The notes below the pieces were generated by a model, which was not told the origin of the DNA, searched no databases, and worked only from the letters and a program-made list of their open reading frames with translations. Below are positions 58,478 through 64,000 of a DNA stretch of 64,000 nt, in pieces. Position numbers and translations under genes: made by a program. Source of the stretch: Candidatus Woesearchaeota archaeon (lineage in GTDB: Archaea > Nanobdellota > Nanobdellia > Pacearchaeales > GW2011-AR1); assembly GCA_964447315.1 (NCBI GenBank), contig CAYURQ010000001.1, forward strand, positions 27,351-91,350. Reading direction: 5' to 3'. Numbering within the stretch: position 1 is the first letter of the stretch; the number at the start of each line of letters is the position of its first letter.

Positions 58478-59428
58478 ATGTATAAAAAAATTAAAAAAAT
58501 AAATAATAAAGAGTATGAATACTTAGTGGAATCATTTAGGTTGCCTGATGGAAAACTGAAAAAAGCAGAAGTATTGGTTAAGAGTATGGGTAGAGAAAAA
58601 GATAAAAAAACTCTCTCTAGGAAAATTCTTGAAAAAAAGAAAAAGGAATTCCTTAAATATATGTTAAGCACTTATGAAACAGATGCCATCTTTAGTGAAG
58701 AGGAATTTGAAAAAATAGAAAATATTAGAGTTGAGTATATTAATTTATTAAAAAATGTTCCTAATCAAGCTAAAAAAGACTTATTTGACAGATTTACTGC
58801 TAATTTCACTTATGAAAGCAATTCTCTGGAAGGAAATTCCCTGACTTTAAAAGATGTTAATATAATTATGTTTGAAAACATTTCTATAAAAGGAAAAGAT
58901 CTCAGGGAGATATATGAAACCAGAAACTCCAGAGAAGTAGTTGAAAAAATAATTAAGGGAAAATTTAAAGTTACTGAAAAAGACATAATAGAAATGCATA
59001 AAATCCTTTGCAGAGACTTAGATATTTCATTAGGATATAAAAAATTTCCAAATGTGTTAATTGGAAAAAAGATAGAATTAACCCCTCCTGAAAAGGTTGA
59101 AAGTGAAATGAGAAAATTAATTGCATGGTATAATGAAAACAAGTCAAAGATTCATCCACTAAAGTTAGCTTCTTTATTTCATGGGAAATTTCAGCAAATA
59201 CATCCTTTTGAAGATGGAAATGGGAGAGTTGGAAGATTCATAATAAACGTTATTTTAACAGAAAATAAGTATCCTCCTTTAATCATAAGAAAATCTCAAA
59301 GAATATCTTATCTTACTGCTTTAGAAAAATTTGATAAAAAATATCCTACTTCTTTAGAAAGATTTATTCTGGAAAAATTCAAAGAAACATACAGGAATTT
59401 CTTTGAAATTTATGTTAGATATTTGTAG
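58478..59428 (+). CDS. Fic/Doc family protein (start trimmed to MYKKIKK)
   Basis: Fic motif HPFEDGNGRVGRF. The ORF-track start at 58349 would translate through the G/T-rich intergenic element. Confidence 0.75.
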   Translation: MYKKIKKINNKEYEYLVESFRLPDGKLKKAEVLVKSMGREKDKKTLSRKILEKKKKEFLKYMLSTYETDAIFSEEEFEKIENIRVEYINLLKNVPNQAKKDLFDRFTANFTYESNSLEGNSLTLKDVNIIMFENISIKGKDLREIYETRNSREVVEKIIKGKFKVTEKDIIEMHKILCRDLDISLGYKKFPNVLIGKKIELTPPEKVESEMRKLIAWYNENKSKIHPLKLASLFHGKFQQIHPFEDGNGRVGRFIINVILTENKYPPLIIRKSQRISYLTALEKFDKKYPTSLERFILEKFKETYRNFFEIYVRYL

Positions 59429-59573
59429 TTAATATTGATTTTTGTTATTATTTTATATTTACAAGATTATAGAGGATTAGGGTTGTTAGGGTTAATTTGG
59501 GGTTGGAATATGTTGAGAGGATGGTACATTTTGTAATACAAATATTTATAAACCTATCAATTGATATGTATAT

Positions 59574-59861
59574 ATGGAATTAAAATCAATTAATAGAAAT
59601 AAGAAAGTTGCAAAAATATTTAGATCTCCTACTTTAGAAACTGTAAAAATGGTAGAGAGAACAATAAAAGAAAATAGTGGAGAATTTAAGAAAACCCAAA
59701 TTTGGGAGAAATTACCAAAAAAAATAATGTGGCCGACTTATTTAACTATTTTAAATTATCTTCAAGAGATAAATAAAATAATAATGGAAGAAGACGGAGA
59801 GATTACTTATATTTGGAACCCAGAATTGTTAAAGAAAGTAATGAACCGAAAAAGATATTAA
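59574..59861 (+). CDS. small conserved protein (95 aa), paralog of 30940..31218
   Basis: Conserved blocks shared with the 92-aa protein at 30940. Preceded by a G/T-rich element. Confidence 0.45.
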   Translation: MELKSINRNKKVAKIFRSPTLETVKMVERTIKENSGEFKKTQIWEKLPKKIMWPTYLTILNYLQEINKIIMEEDGEITYIWNPELLKKVMNRKRY

Positions 59862-60409
59862 CTATTCTCAAGTATTTCTTTTGTTTTGTTCACAAAAGAA
59901 ATTGTTTTTGTTTGCAGTTCTTTTGCTTGTTCTTGATTATGCTTTTCTATTCCATATGAAGCTTGCTCTCTTCTGGCTTTTGCTTCTACAAAATAACTAA
60001 TCTCCTGTTTTTCCATGGAACTCTTTATTATTAATTCAATGTCTTTTTTATTGAGTTTATTGGATTCTTTTTGTTCTCCTTCATATGAATAATACAAATA
60101 AATTAATGCGCAAAGTGTTGCTAAATGATTCTTTGAAGAGTATCCTTTAACAGATAATAATGATAATGAAGAATGATAAATAGCATAATAACACCCCACA
60201 ATTGTCCAATCATAGAATCTCTTTTCTTTTAACAAATGATTAATGAAATCAATATTGTTATCTGCTTTATTAATATGGGATTTGCTCAAATAATATTTTT
60301 CTGATTCTTTTTTAATTGTGTTATTCTTTAAATACAACTTGAATGATTTTTTTGCTCTAGACTTATTTTGCATCCAAATTTCCCAAATTGTTTTTTTTAT
60401 TCTTCCCAT
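59858..60409 (-). CDS. HEPN-domain protein (putative partner of the upstream nucleotidyltransferase)
   Basis: 183 aa. YYAIYHSSLSLLSVKGYSSKNHLATL matches the HEPN helix-2 pattern, and there is a downstream RREQASY motif. Overlaps the upstream nucleotidyltransferase gene by 13 nt. Confidence 0.45.
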   Translation of the reverse strand: MGRIKKTIWEIWMQNKSRAKKSFKLYLKNNTIKKESEKYYLSKSHINKADNNIDFINHLLKEKRFYDWTIVGCYYAIYHSSLSLLSVKGYSSKNHLATLCALIYLYYSYEGEQKESNKLNKKDIELIIKSSMEKQEISYFVEAKARREQASYGIEKHNQEQAKELQTKTISFVNKTKEILENS

Positions 60410-60981
60410 TTTATTTCACTAAGTTTTTTATAAAAATAAATACTTCCTGTTAGGGGGTATCCTGTAAGAAACATGTGGTTTATTGATTCATTCTTCTTAC
60501 TTAATTGATTGAAATCTATTTCCATTATTGATGCTCTTATCCCGTATTTTTCTGAAATCTCTTCATATTCTATTTTAGGAAGTTTGTCATAAACAAAAAG
60601 AAGATCTATGTCGCTTTTGTTATTTGAGGTTTCTTTTGCTACTGATCCAAATAATACTGCCACTGTTGGTTTAAGAAACTCTATATATTCTTCAATTGCT
60701 TTTCTTCTTGCAAAAGGCATTTTTTGGAATTTTATTTTATTAATTAAGTCTAGTAAAGCAATGGAGATATTATTTTCATAATTGACTGAATAAAAAGTGT
60801 TGCTCTTATTCTTTTCTTTCTTTAATACATTTATCTCTACAAGATTATTTAAATTTTTTAACAAATTATTTTTACTTTTTATTTTTGTTCTTTCTTGTAT
60901 TTGATTGAAGTAATATTTATTTTTGCCTAAAGTCTCAACTATTTTTAGAGCATTCTTATTTATTAATTCTTTATAGTCCAT
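60397..60981 (-). CDS. nucleotidyltransferase (MNT-type) protein
   Basis: VLFGSVAKETSNNKSDIDLLFVYD is the GS...DxD minimal nucleotidyltransferase motif. 194 aa. Confidence 0.65.
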   Translation of the reverse strand: MDYKELINKNALKIVETLGKNKYYFNQIQERTKIKSKNNLLKNLNNLVEINVLKKEKNKSNTFYSVNYENNISIALLDLINKIKFQKMPFARRKAIEEYIEFLKPTVAVLFGSVAKETSNNKSDIDLLFVYDKLPKIEYEEISEKYGIRASIMEIDFNQLSKKNESINHMFLTGYPLTGSIYFYKKLSEIKWEE

Positions 60982-61034
60982 TTTTAATACTAATTAGTAT
61001 TAATTTGATACTTTATATATTTTTTGGTTGTTAA

Positions 61035-61460
61035 TCATATCTTAGGCATTCTTGGCCTAATAGAATGTTCCTTAGGAGGATAAACCAAAGGAGTTAAAAC
61101 ATCTTCTATGTTTGGAGTTAAAGTATATGTCCACTCTTCATTAAATTCCGCTTTAAGTTTAGTAGCTAATTTATTTGCTTTGTCAAGATATTTTTCATTT
61201 GAAACATCTACATGATTTAGGTATAAATTTATGGCTCCAAATTCTTGATAACCTGAAAAAAATCTATTTGTATGAACACTTAAAATATTATTTGGAAGAT
61301 TTCCCTTATCTACTTCTGGTGAAAGAACCATAGTATCAATTAATCTTGTTAATTTTGATTTTCTTATTACTTTTTCTGTTATTTCTCTTACTTTTTCTTT
61401 TTTAAATTGAAGTTCTGTTGGAGTTTTTCCAACTTTTTTAGCCCAATAAAATTCACTCAT
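61035..61460 (-). CDS. hypothetical protein (141 aa)
   Basis: ORF. TATA-like TTATATAC about 25 nt upstream. Confidence 0.3.
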   Translation of the reverse strand: MSEFYWAKKVGKTPTELQFKKEKVREITEKVIRKSKLTRLIDTMVLSPEVDKGNLPNNILSVHTNRFFSGYQEFGAINLYLNHVDVSNEKYLDKANKLATKLKAEFNEEWTYTLTPNIEDVLTPLVYPPKEHSIRPRMPKI

Positions 61461-61491
61461 GGTTTTTCAAGAAATAAATTGTATATAAGAA

Positions 61492-61902
61492 TTATTGTGA
61501 TAAAGTATCAGCAGGACCTAATAAATCCAAAACTTCTCCAAGAGTGTTTCTTCTGTTTACATATTTATTGAAAAACCAAGGGGATAAATCATTATGAAAT
61601 CCCACAGCGTAAACAATTGGTTTACTATTTAACTTAAAAGGCATTATTGCGCTCCCAAATTCCATTGGCAATGTTGTTCCTTTATCTTTTTCTGTTAAGT
61701 AAATAAAAACATCTGAATTTGCAATTCCCTCCAACTCATTTTCAGAATACTCTTTTGCATAATCTTGATTTTCCACATAGGGTTTTATTGGTTTGTGTGT
61801 TGTCCAATCATAAGAAACCTCATGCCCCATTTATTTAAGTTTTTTGTATGCTTCAAGAACAAGTTCTTTTTTCTCAAACTTGGCAGCAATATATATTTTC
61901 AT
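61492..61902 (-). pseudogene. nucleoside 2-deoxyribosyltransferase-like gene interrupted by an in-frame TAA
   Basis: 61834..61902 encodes MKIYIAAKFEKKELVLEAYKKLK, then TAA, then immediately in frame ATG and the 112-aa ORF. That ORF has DVFIYL...TTLPMEFGSAIMPF...KPIVY, resembling the deoxyribosyltransferase catalytic-Glu region. Confidence 0.4.
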
Positions 61903-61943
61903 AAGATTTCAATTGAAAAATTGTATATAAGGATTATTGTGGT

Positions 61944-62804
61944 TTATTTCTTAATTCTTTTTTTATGGATTGCTAAATATCTTCTTAAAAAATAATCTAA
62001 AAATCCTTCTTGGTTTTTTGTAAATGCTTTGTAGTAAGAACTTCTTTTTTTGTATTCAATTATAATCATTGGATATCCTGCATGCCATAGTATAAAATTC
62101 ATTAGTAATCTCCCAACCCTTCCATTTCCATCTCCAAAAGGGTGGATGCTCTCAAATATATAATGTGCTCTTCCTGCAAGTTCTACAGGATTCATCTCTT
62201 TGCTCTCTTTCTCTATAAAATCTATAAGCTTATTCATTAATGGCTTTACTTCTTGCCAATCTGGGGCCAAATAAGGTCCAACCCTTACAAGATAATCTCT
62301 AAATTTTCCTGCAATATCTGGTTTGGTTTCTTTGAAAGTTTCTTTATGCCAATTTAATAAAAGTTTATTAGTAACTTTTTCTTTTTTATTTAACATTTTA
62401 AGAAATACTCTATTATGTGCTTCTGTTTCTTTAACATCTCTTAAAGGTTTGTTAGGAGATATTTTATCATGAATAATTTCTCTTGCTTCTTCTAGAGTTA
62501 TCGTAGATCCTTCAATGGCATTTGTATTGTATGTAAAAGCAATAGAAATCTCTTCTTTTTGTTTTTCTTTAGCAGATTTGGGAAGTCTCTTCCATTCTTC
62601 TTGAAAATCTTTTTTAATATTCTCTAATTTTTTATATAAATCTGATTTTAATTCCCTCATAAATTCACTTTTTATCTTATCTATATCTTTTGGAATTTCA
62701 GTTCCAAGATATTTTTCTTTTTTTATTATTTTATTTCCATTTCTAACACTATGCTCAAGATAAAAATATTTCTTAGTTCCTTTTATTCTTCTTCTAATTA
62801 TCAT
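61944..62804 (-). CDS. Fic/Doc family protein
   Basis: Fic motif HPFGDGNGRVGRLLMNFIL. 286 aa. Confidence 0.75.
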   Translation of the reverse strand: MIIRRRIKGTKKYFYLEHSVRNGNKIIKKEKYLGTEIPKDIDKIKSEFMRELKSDLYKKLENIKKDFQEEWKRLPKSAKEKQKEEISIAFTYNTNAIEGSTITLEEAREIIHDKISPNKPLRDVKETEAHNRVFLKMLNKKEKVTNKLLLNWHKETFKETKPDIAGKFRDYLVRVGPYLAPDWQEVKPLMNKLIDFIEKESKEMNPVELAGRAHYIFESIHPFGDGNGRVGRLLMNFILWHAGYPMIIIEYKKRSSYYKAFTKNQEGFLDYFLRRYLAIHKKRIKK

Positions 62805-62934
62805 TATAATAATGTACCCCTACAAGTTTATATACTTTTTGTTTTTATTATATAATGTAGGGGTATATAATATTTTCTATTGTAGGGTCTACATTTTCAA
62901 TATTTTGTAGTCATCTAACTAAAATTATTGTGGT

Positions 62935-63276
62935 TTATTTTAATCCACTTGGTCCTAGATTATGTAATACGCTTCTTATTTCCTCTATTGTTTTTTGTTG
63001 GGATTTTTTATCTGACATTCTTACAAATCTTAATAATAAATCTGTTAAAGTTTTTTCATCGAATAATTTTAATTTATCTCCTTCAACAATAAAATAAAAT
63101 CTAAATGATTTATATCTTATTTCCTTAATTAAAATTCCTGCAACAACCCCCAAAGTTTTTCCTTTTTTTGGATTTTCTTCTAAAGTTCTTAACAAAGAAA
63201 TAATTTCATGTGTTTCCCCTTTGAATTTTTTCTTAATCTCTTTTGCCAGTGAATCGACTATTTCGACTTTGGCCAT
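62935..63276 (-). CDS. hypothetical protein (113 aa), possible toxin of a two-gene module
   Basis: Overlaps the upstream 70-aa gene by 19 nt. FRFYFIVEGDKLKLFD is weakly RelE/ParE-like. Confidence 0.3.
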   Translation of the reverse strand: MAKVEIVDSLAKEIKKKFKGETHEIISLLRTLEENPKKGKTLGVVAGILIKEIRYKSFRFYFIVEGDKLKLFDEKTLTDLLLRFVRMSDKKSQQKTIEEIRSVLHNLGPSGLK

Positions 63277-63470
63277 TCTTTTTCAACCTCTTTTTCAAAT
63301 TCATCAAGAGAAATTGTATTTTTAGAGGACATTAGAAAATCTCTAAGTTGTTCTTTGACAGCAAAATCATAAATCCTATTAATAATTTTGTCGTAGCTTT
63401 CTCCTTTTGTTCCAAAAGTACTTATTTTTTCTTTTGTTTCTTTACTTAATTGAATTGTTGTTATTTCCAT
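63258..63470 (-). CDS. hypothetical protein (70 aa), possible antitoxin
   Basis: Small upstream partner of the 113-aa gene. No clear motif. Confidence 0.3.
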   Translation of the reverse strand: MEITTIQLSKETKEKISTFGTKGESYDKIINRIYDFAVKEQLRDFLMSSKNTISLDEFEKEVEKEWPKSK

Positions 63471-63513
63471 TTTAATCTATAACAACTATAGTGGCTATAG
63501 TTTATAAATGTTT

Positions 63514-63927
63514 TTATTCATCTAAATGTTTTCTTAATTCTTGAATTATTTCAGGAATTTCTTTTAATGCATTTTTTACTGTTGAAATATCTATGTCATC
63601 TCCATAGTAATTTATTCCATGTCTTAGCTTTCTGTATCTGTCAAATTTCATTGAGATTTTTTCTTGTTTAAGAACATCTTTTAGGAAATAAGTAATTACT
63701 TCATGTGAATTGAATTTATATCCTTTTGAGAAACCAATTGCCTCACAATATTGCCTAAGGCCCTCATATAATTCTCTAAATACAGATTTTATAGTTACTT
63801 CATTTAAAGGTATTAGTTTTGCTGTTTTTACTGCTTGTTCTGCTGATTTTGCAATACTCTTGGCTCTGATTGGATTTTTAATTCTTTTTTGAGCATATCC
63901 TTTTTTAATGCTATTTTCAAAGTTCAT
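63514..63927 (-). CDS. HEPN-domain protein
   Basis: 137 aa. C-terminal DRYRKLRHGINYYG gives the Rx4-6H HEPN motif. Confidence 0.5.
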   Translation of the reverse strand: MNFENSIKKGYAQKRIKNPIRAKSIAKSAEQAVKTAKLIPLNEVTIKSVFRELYEGLRQYCEAIGFSKGYKFNSHEVITYFLKDVLKQEKISMKFDRYRKLRHGINYYGDDIDISTVKNALKEIPEIIQELRKHLDE

Positions 63928-63928
63928 T

Positions 63929-64000
63929 ATAAAACCTCTAAATTTCCATTTACTGTAATTCCATTAATTATGTTATTTAGCAATTCTTTATTTTTTTCTT
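63929..64000 (-). CDS. partial ORF (C-terminus only), possible nucleotidyltransferase partner of the HEPN gene
   Basis: A frame is open to the window edge, and its stop overlaps the HEPN ATG (TAATG). Identity is inferred from context only. Confidence 0.2.

Noticed and set aside
1-64000. tRNA/rRNA genes
   Set aside because: I scanned the GC-richer intergenic patches (for example 18245..18514, 20821..21032, 40410..40590). None shows an acceptor/T-arm arrangement or rRNA-like conserved blocks. A tRNA scan would be needed to be certain.

Overview
AT-rich (~30% GC) archaeal chromosome segment with short intergenic regions, leaderless TATA promoters and several small ORFs (proteins of ~60-130 aa); a DPANN-like lineage is my inference, not a database result. 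Positions 1-20.8 kb are a conserved core block: rpoH, an unsplit rpoB, a fused rpoA'/A'', a NusA-like KH protein, ribosomal S12 and S7, EF-2, undecaprenyl-diphosphatase on the opposite strand, EF-1alpha, and a DnaG-type primase. The usual L30e is not seen and several small lineage-specific ORFs are inserted in the block. Positions 21-27 kb hold a secreted, C-terminally anchored surface protein, a 952-aa SMC-family ATPase with a central CxxC zinc-hook-like motif in place of an obvious hinge, and RNase HII. Positions 30.1-41.6 kb are an accessory/defence-like island. Its core is a 4151-bp block present twice as apparently perfect direct repeats (31564..35714 and 36259..40409) separated by a 544-bp spacer encoding a NUDIX hydrolase. 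Each block carries two near-identical 3-TM small membrane protein genes, a DUF2283-like gene, a putative minimal caspase-fold (His/Cys dyad) protein at the end of a three-gene operon, a RelE/ParE toxin with an unannotated 53-aa antitoxin, and two unknown genes. Immediately upstream of the island sit a tandem pair of Cys-rich 'YDHPF' paralogs and a RelE-like gene. A family of G/T-rich ~35-70 nt intergenic elements (GGGGTGTTGGTTGGAGCATTT... and GAGGTGTTGGAG...GGGTTGGAATATGTTGATAGGA) recurs upstream of accessory genes from 27.8 to 59.5 kb. Positions 42-56 kb are a membrane/glycosylation cluster (GT-C-like protein, HIT protein, flippase, SAM methyltransferase, GT2, GT4, UDP-GlcNAc 2-epimerase, DPM1-like GT2). 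Positions 56-64 kb are a second toxin-antitoxin/defence-type island: a COG1373 AAA ATPase with two palindromic operator-like sites, two Fic proteins, HEPN/MNT pairs, an in-frame-stop-disrupted nucleoside 2-deoxyribosyltransferase-like gene, and a duplicated and partly decayed small-gene segment. No rRNA, tRNA or CRISPR array was recognised.
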